DNA of 64,000 nucleotides from Bugula neritina (lineage: Eukaryota; Animalia; Bryozoa). The stretch spans positions 4,046,707-4,110,706 of the forward strand of contig OZ037767.1 of the NCBI GenBank assembly GCA_964035545.1. The letters run 5' to 3'. The translations under genes were made by a program, and so were the position numbers. Under the pieces are notes generated by a model that saw only the letters and a list, made by a program, of their open reading frames with translations, was not told the origin of the DNA and did not search any database. Shown here piece after piece: positions 1 to 18,029 of this stretch. Within the stretch, counting starts at the first letter, position 1, and every line of letters begins with the position of its first letter.

Positions 1-354
1 CTGATTATAATGCATTATAATAGACAAAAGAAATTAATTACTAGTTCACCTGTAATTATTATTGCCAAAACATGTGTTGCTGAAATGTAAATTTAAAACT
101 TTGCCTTTTGTGTTTTGCTAAGCTTGAAATGTTATTATGGGATACTTCTCAATGGTTGCCATCTTGTAGTGACCACCATTTTGTAACATGAAACTAGTTT
201 GTTGCAGCTGCCATCTTGGAACATGGCACCATATTTAGAATGTATTACTGCACTTATTGCACATCAGTACACAGTTCTTAAAGATACCTATATAACAGAA
301 TATCATTATTTCATATTTGTTAGCTAATATATTAGGTGATGTTTTATAATACAG

Positions 355-3300
355 ATAAAAAGACAAACCACTCTTTTTCATTACACAAAGTGGTATGATC
401 ATGACATTCCTTCTTCTGCTGGCCTGCTTAGCTTTAGATCCAGAGTTAGACAACACTACGGTTCCAGTACCACCCCCATTATAGTACACTGCAGGTAGTC
501 TAACAATATTTTATCTATTCTGAAGTATCCAATTATTTCTTTTAAAATGCTCTAAATCAGCAATATCCTAAAGTTGATTTAATGCATTTTTATGAAAATT
601 ATGACACATGTTTACTGCTTTGAATGAGCCTTTTTTCAAATTACGTTTTATGGTTTATTATTCTTTGGAAAATTAGTAATTATAACATTGAGCTCTAAAA
701 TAAAGCAAGAAGTATCCAGGCATTAGTTTGACCAATGCAAATACTGTATACTATTTCACAGTGCTGGGGTTGGCAGAACAGGAACATACATTGCTCTGGA
801 GAATCTCATTGACGAGGCTCATGACAAGAGAAACCACCACAAGACAGTAGATGTGTTTGCTTGTGTAAACAGACTCCGACACCAAAGAACTCTCATGGTA
901 CAAACTGCTGTGAGTATTACTTCATCTAATATTCTGAGGTGTGCTGAAGCTTGACATGTGGAATTAAGGAAGTTGTTGAACTCAACATTTTACACAGATA
1001 TATATAATATCTTTGGTTTGTTGCAATCCTGGCTAATGCATTAGTATAACGACTATCATAATATCTTTTTGACTTTATGTAATTGGGAAGTTAGTAACAA
1101 TGTGTATGATTTTGTGTTACACAGCATTATATTGTTTGTCATTGATTTATTCCTGAAAATATTTTTGTCATAATGTATTTTTTAATCTTTAGCGGTACAA
1201 ATATTTGATTACATGCTACATGTTTATAATTTTAGGATCAGTACGCATTCCTGTACGACATGGTGTCAGAGGCTCTGTCTTGTGGTGATACCGTCATTCC
1301 GGCTGGTAATTTCAATCAACAGATACGCCAATGGAGAGTTGTAAGTTTATTGCAGTGTTCAGTTCTACTCTTGGATCGAATGAATATTCAGTCACATAAA
1401 TATAACTAAACCGTTACTAAACTTTGAAGGAGGAAGTCACATTTATTGCTGCAATACTTGATCAAAACAATAAAAGTTGCACTTTTTATATACAACAGGG
1501 CTGGGCTGTATGTTTAATATAATCTGCAGAATTATCTGCCAGATTTATAATGTGCAATGTAGTACACTGAACCTGTAGTCCTCATCAATTAGCAAGGGAT
1601 GTCATGTTGGCAGATTTGAAGCTGTACTATGGCTGTGACTCTATTTTAGCCAAATGGTAAAAACTCAAAAACTGAAATCTCCAATCAGTTTGAAAAATTG
1701 AACAAAACTCTAAAAGTTTCCCCCAAGAATACGTCTGCAGCTGAACAACCAGAAAATGTTAGTCTGAACAGAGATCTGAAAGTGCTGCCTTGTAAGTCAT
1801 GTCACTTCATATTTTGTCTCAAATAGTGCAACAGTATTAGAAGATATAGAATACTTGCCTTTTTGAAAAGTTTTAATGTTTTCAGTTGTTATAGTTCGAA
1901 TTGCCCAACGCTTGACTTTTCTCGCTTTATCTTTAATTTATATTGAGGAAAAAAACATAAGCTATCTAAAACACTAAATTTTGCAAGTTATACTACTATA
2001 AATAGAATATAAAGTTTTGAAGTTAGGATGTTGTAGTTTTAATATATACAGAAATACATTAACTGCATTCTAAACACAGTCTCTATCTGCTACCGGTTAT
2101 ATCATATCTTACTCGTTGCAACGTCTGATAGTTATTGGGTGAGAATGTTTGATTGCCTTGTGACTTCCTGTTTGTTGAGTTTTTAGCATTGATCAGCCGT
2201 GCATCCAGCTATAATACGTCTTATCAGTAGCTAAAACAATTTTCTATAATACTTCTTATCATTGCATGCATATAATTGGTGTTTATAAACTACAGTTTTT
2301 ATGCAGCTGTCTGATTTTGTTGATTTTTCTAATTTTAGCCGACAGAAACCGAGTTATTATTCAACGTCCAGAAAAGGGTTATACAGACTACATCAATGCT
2401 GTATATTGTAATGTGAGTTTATATCTTTCTCTGGAATCAACTTAACTTTGATGAAAAAACATTTAGATTAGCTTTTTGAGTGAAATTAAAAAAGCTGGTG
2501 ATTTAAGAGATTAATAAAAGGTTAATACAAGTTGTAAGTTTATAATATTGTAATATAGCAATCTATTATATAATATTGAACTTTAAACTTGGAAACAAAC
2601 AACAACAAACTGTTACAGTGAGCTGTCTCCACTAACCATTGAATCTGATTAGATTTCAACTCAAACTGTGTTAATCACATTGTGGTGAATATTTATACAT
2701 TATGTTTCCCTGAAATCCTATCCAACTTATGTTAAAACCAGATGCTATGGGTTTATATTTTAGCTTTAGAGTTTTATGGCTTTACTTATACTTTGAGTGT
2801 AGTTGTATGGGCCACCTTGCAATGATTACTTTATCTGTAAGAACTTAGGCTAACTCAGAGTCTGGTAAAACAACTTAATATAGATAAACTTCACAATGAA
2901 CTACTTCCTCATCATAAATTCTGTGAAAAAAGTCGTCGTATCAACTTTGTTTATAAATAACTGTCATCAATAAACTGAATGGCTGCATTTTGACTGCCAT
3001 TTTACATAAATGTAACCCTTCTGCTAAATAACAAAAGTATTTTGTTGCATCATTCCTAAAACTAGAGCAATTTCAAGCACCTTATGCTGTAAGTCAGTAG
3101 ATTAAAATGACAGCTAACTGTATTTTGCAGTCACAAAATGTGTGAAATATGGAGACTTATTAAGTGCATGTAAATGTAAACCTCTATCTAGCATTTAAGT
3201 GAGATAATAGTGATCTTAGAAATAAGAGATCTCTGGTTGTAGTGTGATATAACTCACAATATATTCCTGTTTCACTCCACTTTACTCCCACTCCACTCTT

Positions 3301-6300
3301 ATCCACTCCACCACTCTTATTACACTCCACTTTGTAGTACCCAACATAATATGTTTGTAGTGCATAATGTAGTCTACCATATTTTGTACATGCAATAGCT
3401 GAGGGGAGACAAATCAAAACTCAAATGAGCATACTTTTTTATATCTAAAATATGCCTTGTACCGACATAGGAAAATATTTATTGAAGGGTAGTAGGTTTT
3501 GCATAATTATCTAGAATTCTCACTTTAATGACAAATATTTTCTAGTCATCTAGGGTACTTTTATTAAACCATTAAAACAATGAGATTGTTTAAACCATCA
3601 ACTTGTTGATGAGCTGTAATATATAATTTACTTTTCTATTTAAATAATGATGCTTTACATAAATGATGATATGGTTTTGTTAGGGTTATCAAAACAAGGA
3701 CGGATTTGTGGTAACTCAAACCCCTCTACCATCCACCACTTCTAACTACTGGAAGATGATTATTGAACAAGAATCACCTCTTATTGTTTACTTCAATGAC
3801 TGTGAGGTGAGTGAGTGTATGAGTCACACAAATTGGTTAAAATAGTTAAAAGCAACACAACTTTATTAATTTGATAAATAAAAATTTAACAACTGCAAGA
3901 TGTGTTATAGATACAAGTAGGTCATTGAGCGTTGGAAAAATGCTTAATTTAACTTAATTGTTTATTATTTACTAGGCAAGCTTTATTATTTAGTGAAATA
4001 AAGTACAATACGGAATAGAATGTAGTAAATGTAGTAATAAAGCATATTATTTGATATAATGTAGTACATAATATATATTAAAATATACTATATAATATAT
4101 TATAGTATAATCGAATAAAACATGCAATATGAAGTGTTATAAAATAGTAGAATAGAAATTTTGATGCTTTCTTTTTTGTGATGCTTGCTTGTGTTGAAAT
4201 AAATTGAATTGAACGAAAACTTTGTAAAATTCTAAGATACTATAAAAGATATTATAAATAAATTATAAAATATTTTTCAACTCAAAATGTTCAAATACTC
4301 TGCATATACAGGAAGAAGCTCCTTATTGGCCGACTGAAGTGGGCAGAGTTGTCACTGTGGGTGACATTTCTATTATCAATATGAAAACTCAGGGGTTTGC
4401 TGAGGCCATTACAGAAACTACTTTAGAGGTTCAAGTTTCAAGAACAGAGGTGAGCTTCAAAGATTTAAATTAAAACTCTACAGTAAATTTAGATTAACAC
4501 ATCTACATGCATTTGCATATATTTTGTTCTGTCATCTTTTAAGGCTCACCTTAAATGTAAATGTAAAATAAAGCTCTTGGAAAACTAACATTTGTAGTTA
4601 AGGGAAAATTTTAAACAGTTTGTGAGCTAAAAGCTCTTTACAGGGGTGGGTATATAATTAGCCACGCCCACTGCATCTCGCAGCTCAAAGATGTGCCATA
4701 AAGACTATTCTGTTCCACCTATTTATTATATATATTAGGTGCTTTACTTGTCTTAGTCTCCATAGCTTATGTAATGTGTCATTTAGAAAATAGTAAATTT
4801 TATGATTTTGTTAACCTTTTGCCTAAAGCCATGCATGTCAATAATTATGATTATCAACAATAATAAAAGACACAGAAGTTAGACATTTTAACTAAAATAA
4901 GAAAAAACAGCTAAAATAATTAATATAATAAAAATTTAATTTATATTAAAACAGATAATATTTGTTTGTTGACCTATTTGTTTCATTTTTCTAGCAAAAG
5001 CACCGAGTAACATTATTAGAGGTGAAGTTGAAGGGGCAGCAACTCCCAACTAGTCAGCAACTAGTCATAGCCTGTCAGAAAGCAGAGAAGTTTGCTGCAT
5101 CAGATGGCAGCATAGTGACAGTGCAGTGCAGGTGTGTTACCTGACTGAATATTAAATTATAAATTGTTCTTCAAGATATGTTTTATTTATTTCTAAATAC
5201 TAGTGATAAAATTTTGGGTTTAAAACTTGCAGGTTGAGGGATTTCTTTCAAACTTTGAAAAGGTTTGAATAAAAGGTTTTAAATTTTACTTTGTTTTTTT
5301 AACGGAATTATAATCATGATATTGTTGATGTGTAAATATTCAATTTTAATTTGTTGTTTGTAATTGAAATGCTTTTAATTAAATGGAAAAACCAAGACAT
5401 AAGCTGTAGACTTTGACACCTGTTTGATTCTCATCCCTTTGAATATGTTTTTAGAAATGGTAGCAGAGTGAGTGGAATATTCATCATAGCAATGAACTTA
5501 TACCTGAGGACGCGAATAGAACATGATATTGACATAGTACTGGAAGTGAAACTATCCAGGGAGGGGAAGAGACAGTTCATATCTAGTCTGGTATGTGTTG
5601 AGGTGTAGACTAAAGTTAAAGTGCAGATTTCAATTGATTCAAAGCTCATTCAAGTAGAAGAGGTTTAAGTTTTATTTATTATTATTTTGTTTAGATATAC
5701 ATATGACTGTAACTAGCAAATTCCTTTTAGATACATGAGTTATTTACAAAAAACAGCTGACAACATTCAAAGACACTATAAAAGTTGTGAATTAATTGCT
5801 ATTATGACGCTTGAAAATGCTTATCAGCCAATAAAGTTATTGAGTTGAGAGTGGAAAAACAGAGCATCTGTAATAAGGTGTTAAAATGATGAGTTGTCCT
5901 TCCAATAAAGCTCATGTTTTTTTAAATTTAGGATTATTTCCCCCTATAAGCATTTCCTAAAAAATCAATGGTGATAAGAAATATTGTTAACATCATTTTT
6001 TTTAATTTTTGACTTTTCAATTAAAGTATGCAATCTTGACAAATAATCTGTAGATTTGGTAACTTGAAACTTCATCAAGTGTTAATTATGCATTCATGGT
6101 TTAGTTTTAACTAAAATACCTCACATCACTTTACTATTGAAGCATTGATGCAGGCATTTTCTAATAAATTGCATAATTAAAATTTGATGAAATTCTGAAC
6201 TATAACATTTGTTACTATCAACATTATTGTTCTTAATTTGCTTTTCGCTGGAGTTCTTAATATTTGCTAAATTCAATGTGTTTGTATGATTTCAGGAGCA

Positions 6301-6373
6301 GTTTGACGCCTTGTACGACTTTGTAAACCATTATTTACTAGAGTTCAACGAATATTCCAACTTCGCTAGCTAA
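355..6373 (+). CDS. Receptor-type protein tyrosine phosphatase, copy A (3' part: end of D1, D2, C-terminus; 5' exons lie upstream of the window)
   Basis: Ten phase-compatible GT-AG exons: 355-494, 762-909, 1236-1340, 1650-1791, 2339-2412, 3684-3806, 4312-4449, 4995-5131, 5455-5590, 6296-6373. Translation gives FHYTKWYDHDIP, PIIVHC|SAGVGRTG, MVQTA|DQYAFLY (D1); NRDLKVLP, DYINAV, VTQTPLP, YWKMI, VQC|RNGSRVSG (D2); ends EYSNFAS*. Confidence 0.93.
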
Positions 6374-7063
6374 AGCTGCATACACTAATAAGGGTCATAC
6401 ATAGCCAATTTCTCCTGTCGCACATAAATGCAACATATAATATTTACCATTTCTCCATGCTATTTTGATAGTGCAATTTATACATTTTATAACTAAAATT
6501 GTTATATCATTTATATATAGTATATTATTTCGGTAAACATGATGATGCTATTTTTCTATGAGCAATGCAAGGCTTAAAAGCCATTGTTGTAATATTTTTG
6601 CATATATTCTCACAGCTATTCCAGTTTTTTTTTCATTTTTGTACTTTAAAGTCTACATATTCTACATTCTACTGCATCAACTTAGATTTATGTTACAACT
6701 TAACCTTAACATGTGGCAGTTACAGCATATAATGCAATTCAATCTGTTTCAGTTTCTTTACTCTGGTGAATTATTAGTTTTAAATGGCATGCAATTAGCG
6801 CATTATCAAGTGCTTTTATATGCAATCTATATTTTTAGTATACAAACTATTAAAATTTTTGTATATATGAAAATTTATTTTATGTAAATCATTAGTTCTT
6901 TTATTTTCGTATAGATTTTGCTTATTAAATTTCAAAGTGACAGAACGTGATATATATAAAATAGGGTATACATGACAATCATATTATACAGTAAATATAA
7001 TATTTTTCAGAATAAAAAGCTAAGCTATGGCAACACCAGCATATGTATATGCTTGCATGTATG

Positions 7064-7079
7064 TATATATATAATTATA

Positions 7080-7129
<50 letters not shown>

Positions 7130-7166
7130 ATTATATAATTATATATATATAATTATATATATATAT
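7064..7166. repeat. (TA)n microsatellite
   Basis: Interrupted TA run, directly visible. Confidence 0.95.
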
Positions 7167-7173
7167 TAGTCCA

Positions 7174-7218
7174 ACACCTGACGAGTGCAGTTTACTGTAC
7201 GAAACTATATAGTCGTGT
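7174..7218 (+). ncRNA. Minimal type I hammerhead ribozyme (Penelope-like element/retrozyme type)
   Basis: ACAC-CTGACGA-GTGCAG-ttta-CTGTAC-GAAA-CTATATAG-TC-GTGT. Complete core (CUGANGA, GAAA, GUC), 6-bp stem II, palindromic stem III, 4-bp stem I. Predicted cleavage after C7214. Confidence 0.85.
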
Positions 7219-7273
7219 GAGATTTTTTAAATAAAAAAATATATATGTATCATTAACAATCTGAACACACTAC

Positions 7274-7276
<3 letters not shown>

Positions 7277-7319
<43 letters not shown>

Positions 7320-7382
7320 GTGTGTGTGTGTGTGCGTGCGTGTATATATATATATTATGTGTGGGTGTGCATGTATGTGTGT
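7277..7382. repeat. (TA)n/(TG)n microsatellite
   Basis: Directly visible; with 7064-7166 it flanks the ~110-bp hammerhead-bearing insert. Confidence 0.95.
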
Positions 7383-7929
7383 AAAGTTATGCCAGTTTGA
7401 ATTGCACAATTTGTAAAAGTTGCAGAAGAGTTATCTCCCCAAATTGACAGATTCTTGGTAATAAAGGAGACAACTCTATGGCAACCGTTGTTTTTGCAAT
7501 ACATAATAATATTAGGATCCAATACGCGATAATAATATACTCATTCAGTTTCTGCCAGCGTCATTGTGAAATTTTATTTTATTAGTAAACATCGGAGAGC
7601 TAGAGGGCATATTATAGAGGTACATAATATGTCACTCTGGTAAACACTCGAGAGTAGAGAATCAATTGACGTAAAGTGAAAGTGATATTGCGGCGAGTCA
7701 ATTATTCTAATTTTCAAATAAGAAATGTTTTATCATAAATTTTAATTTAAGAAAACATAACAACTTAAACCTAAAACTCCTAGTCTGCAAGTTAAAGTTG
7801 CATCACAGTCACGTTACTTCCAGCACTAGGTAAGACAATGTAAAATTTAGAATAATATAAAAGCATTGCAGTTGCCATGATGAACCACTGAATGCTAAAT
7901 TATTAGCCGTATGAATTTCTAACTTTGTA

Positions 7930-8480
7930 TTCACTATCACTGACTATGACTATCACTATGACTATGATACTGATAGTGACAATGTGAGTTACTTACTTGC
8001 TATCACATTCACTATGTGAATGTCTATCAGTATCACTATGACTATCAGTATCTGACTATGACTATTGCCATGGCATTTTGATTTCGGATTTCATTTTCTG
8101 TTTCAACTTGAAGTTGAACTCGAGTTGTTAACTACCCAAGACTTAAGAGTAAGCTTAAACCCAAGAGCTATGGGCTATGACTAACAAAATGAAAATAAAT
8201 CATCACTTAGTCTTATCAGTTATTACTTTAATGCTTACATATATGGTACAGATATGTCATTAAATTTATTATCAATATGAATATCATATATGTAACAGTG
8301 ATATGTATTGATATTGTCAATTATGTATCAGTATCACTATGACTATGAGTATTATCATGAATCTAACTCTATGACTATCAGTAAATGTATTTGAGTAAAT
8401 GGCCATTTCGCATGGGCCATGGGTTTTGATAGTTGACAAGCACAGTGATAATGACAATCACAATGAGTATGTGACTATAT
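7930..8480. repeat. Degenerate hexamer repeats (GACTAT/TATCAC)
   Basis: Clusters such as tcactatcactgactatgactatcactatgactatgatac at about 7930-8065 and 8325-8380. Confidence 0.6.
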
Positions 8481-9939
8481 ATATTCAGTTTCACTGTTGA
8501 TTATCTTCATAAATTTTAAATATTGCTTGATTCAATGAAATTTGCTTTTAATTTTTGAGTTCAACATTTTTTTAATTTCATATTGAATTTGATACTGAAT
8601 TTGATATAACTTCAGTAGATATTCATATTAATTTGATGATATGAAATTCAGTGATTAGTAGCTAAATTAGTAATAACTTACAACTGTGAGTTTGTTGTAA
8701 CTAAATAATTAATGACTATAATGTAACAATTTGCAATGTCAAATTTAATTTCAGCACACAAGTCTAAGGTTAGTAATAGTTGTAACCCAGTGAAATCGGA
8801 AAAAAATTGTATTATGATGGATCAAAGTGATTTAAGAATATTTTTGTAAAATTATTTTTGTCAGGTTTGCTGTGTAATTTTATGCATATAAAATGTTCAA
8901 TTATTTTGGTTGTGATACAAATAATCCTGGACATGGTGGCTACTTATTTCTAATTTTATCATCACCAATCTGCTGTAAAAGTGCCAATACATCTATTTTA
9001 GGATTTTTTTTACATTTTCTTTAGATTTTACCACTTTACTTAAAACATTTGTTTCATTTAGTAAGTAGATTGACTAAATGTGCTTAATACAGGTACTAAT
9101 CTGTTCAAAGCTCTTCCAAACTTTACAAAGCCCCAGCATGGGGTGCTATTTTTGCTCAATGCTTGGATAGATATGGCCATAGTGCCTTTGCCATTGAGCA
9201 AAGTGATATTTTTACCTTTCTCATGTTGTTTGTTGTAGTAGACAGTAGTTTCTTGATTGCTCCTTTTGTGTCATGTTTCAAGTATACTTCAAGCTTTACT
9301 AGATGAATAGTTTTATTGATTTAAAATGAGTTAGTTTAAATTGCTGTTTGTAGTATTCACCTAGTAATGAGAATAGTTATAATCAAATAGCAAGCCACTT
9401 TTGACTACTGTTGAAGTTGGAATTCCTAGTCGGTCACTGGAGTGATGGGATTTTATAATCTTGCTTTATTTTCTCTGTTCTGTGTGACTGGCAATTGCCT
9501 TCAGTATGCTGTTATAGTATTTCAAACTAATAGCCACTAATAGCAAATATTCTTGATGTTGTTTGACTGTGTTTAATTTCCTCAATATAGCTCAATTTCT
9601 CACTTAGAGTGCAACTTATTAATGAAGTGTGAAATCCCATGAGGGAATTCTATTGTTAACAGTCTTTTGTGGTATGGGAAGTCACTTTAGTTTCCTGACT
9701 CTTGTGCTATTATAGACACAGTGTATAGCCTGCTAGTACACTTAGCCTAAGACTCTAACTAACTTACTATTCTATGTTCCACAGTCTCATGCTGTGATCT
9801 CCACTGTAAACGAATATGGCAGATAATCTTCAAGCTTTGCATGCATTCCTAGAACTTTGTCTGCTGTCATCTTATCATACACGTATCATTTGTTTGTAGA
9901 AACAGATATACCAGAGCTTATAAAGTCAATGTGCAAAAA

Positions 9940-15896
<5,957 letters not shown>

Positions 15897-18029
15897 GAGT
15901 TTGGCGATATAGAAGATGCGGCAAGACAATTCAGTAACTATAACATTGAATCTACAGACCACTGCTCCCCCCCCCCTTATTGTGCCACTGACATATAAAT
16001 ATTATAAAAACTATATTTTGTGAATTTTTTTTCAAGGTTTGCTTTTCATTGTATGAGTCATGAACATGCTTTAGTGCTCAAATAACGCAGCTTTGGCTAC
16101 TCAAATCACGTTACTTCACGCATGAATACTGATAGTCTAAGCCTATTGCGGAACATTAAAAATGTTTCAAATCTGGTCATAGAGATTGAGGAGTTGTCTT
16201 CGCTGGTTGAAGACTGACTCTTCATTATTTGTAGTATATGCAGTATATATTCTTACTTTCATGAATTATGTTTGCGATGTTATATGTTGTTAAAGCTGGT
16301 GCTTCTTTCATTTTATAAAAATTAATTTGTTTGGTGATCAATTTTTTCTCTACCAAAACTGTCATAGGTATTAATAGGTTCTGGTAAAGCTCTAGTTTTA
16401 TATATAAGTGACCTAGTTTGTAATTAGGTCACTTAAAGCTAAATTCTGTACTGGGACAGTATTTTCCATGTTGTTATCAAACCGGCAGTAAGATTAGCTA
16501 TATAGCTTAAATTTTGATTCAAGGCTGCTGGGAGGTCAAGCAATTTGAAGTGGTCTTGATTGGAAATAAAGTTTGTCATGTAATATATTGATTTAGGCTA
16601 TCAGTTTTTTTAAATAAAAGTGCGAGTCATATTTGTGCGTCCAGCTTTAGATGTCAACTACTGGAATATAAACGAATTATTTTAATAAGAATAAAAATTT
16701 AATGCTTGTCGTAATTTTTGTCCCCTATCTAATATTTATAGTAACACCAAGTGGCTGTGGTCTGCCAATTATAATTGTACTAATTAATTACCAGCTTAAT
16801 TTCATGCTTGACTGAGTCAGTTTGTATATTCCTCATTCTTAATATATTTTTATATTGTCAGATGTAAGTCTTATGCATATTAAATAATATTTTCAAGCTG
16901 TGAGTTCTTTTCTGGTCAATCGTTTTTTTTATACTAATTACAAAATATTATTCTCCACTTATGTAAAAAGGAAAGCAACTCTCAAAATTTTAGTGGAATA
17001 TAATATTTGTTGAGATTATTTTAGAGTTTTTTCCTTTTTTTAAAGTCCTGTAATTGTAAAACTTTATCACCTCGTCTCCACAGTTTCAAAGGATCGCTTA
17101 AATTCCGAAATTTTACAAGCTGCTACTGATTGCTTATTTGTATGACTGTTTTCATAAATGTTCGTAATTTAAGTTGTCCATTGTTTTGGTGCTTGTCAAT
17201 GACGTTTTCCTGGATTGTATATTGTTGATATTGTAATAAAAGTTTGAAACTTTCAAAATTGACCGAAATTTTTGCATTTTATATTACTCAACTAGTTAGT
17301 TTTTATAAAAATTGTTGAAAGAAGTTTTGTTCACAGTTTGAAGTCAAAGATCTTTATGACTGAACAAACCATCTTGCAGAGCTATTGTTCTATTGCGTTT
17401 TAATATGTAGAAATATTTATTGTCGCAGACTGAAAGAAAATATCAATGTGAAAACCGTTACATCATCAGTGTAGTTGCTAGTTGTAAAAATGAATGAAAA
17501 TGCTGGGTTTTTATACCAGTCAAAAAGGTTAGCTATTGTGTAGTAGTCATAATGAGAGTGGAATAAGCATAATATAGCTGGCATAGCTGTGATGATAGAT
17601 GAAAAGCTATAATGAATTAGGGAAAAAGCTTTCCCAACTCCTGTAATGTCCCTTAACACTTATAGCGTTGACATGGTGGTTATCAAAGAATAGGTTTATA
17701 TGACTTGATGCTATTAATAGCAACTATTTCTTCTCTATGCTGTATTACAGCTTCAAGATGATAAAACTGTGTTACAGTATTTGTTGAAACAAGTAAACCA
17801 TGTGTCAAAAGTGATCAGTGAAGGTATTTGTGTTTGAAAATATAACAGGCTGCATCATACTTCTATAAAATATTACACTGGTGTTGATACTGCAGTTTTG
17901 TTGTTTGCCCTTGAACATATTATAATAGTTTCTGTAAATGATTGTTCTATTTGCTCTCGCACTTCAAAATTCCATTAGCAAAATTTGCACAAAAAGTAAA
18001 ATTGCATGGCTGTGCAAAAATAAAACTAT

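Noticed and set aside
235-489. ORFs conserved between the duplicates (235-489/24026-24358 and 5431-5649/18991-19209)
   Set aside because: Antisense shadows of RPTP exons; conservation is explained by the duplication.
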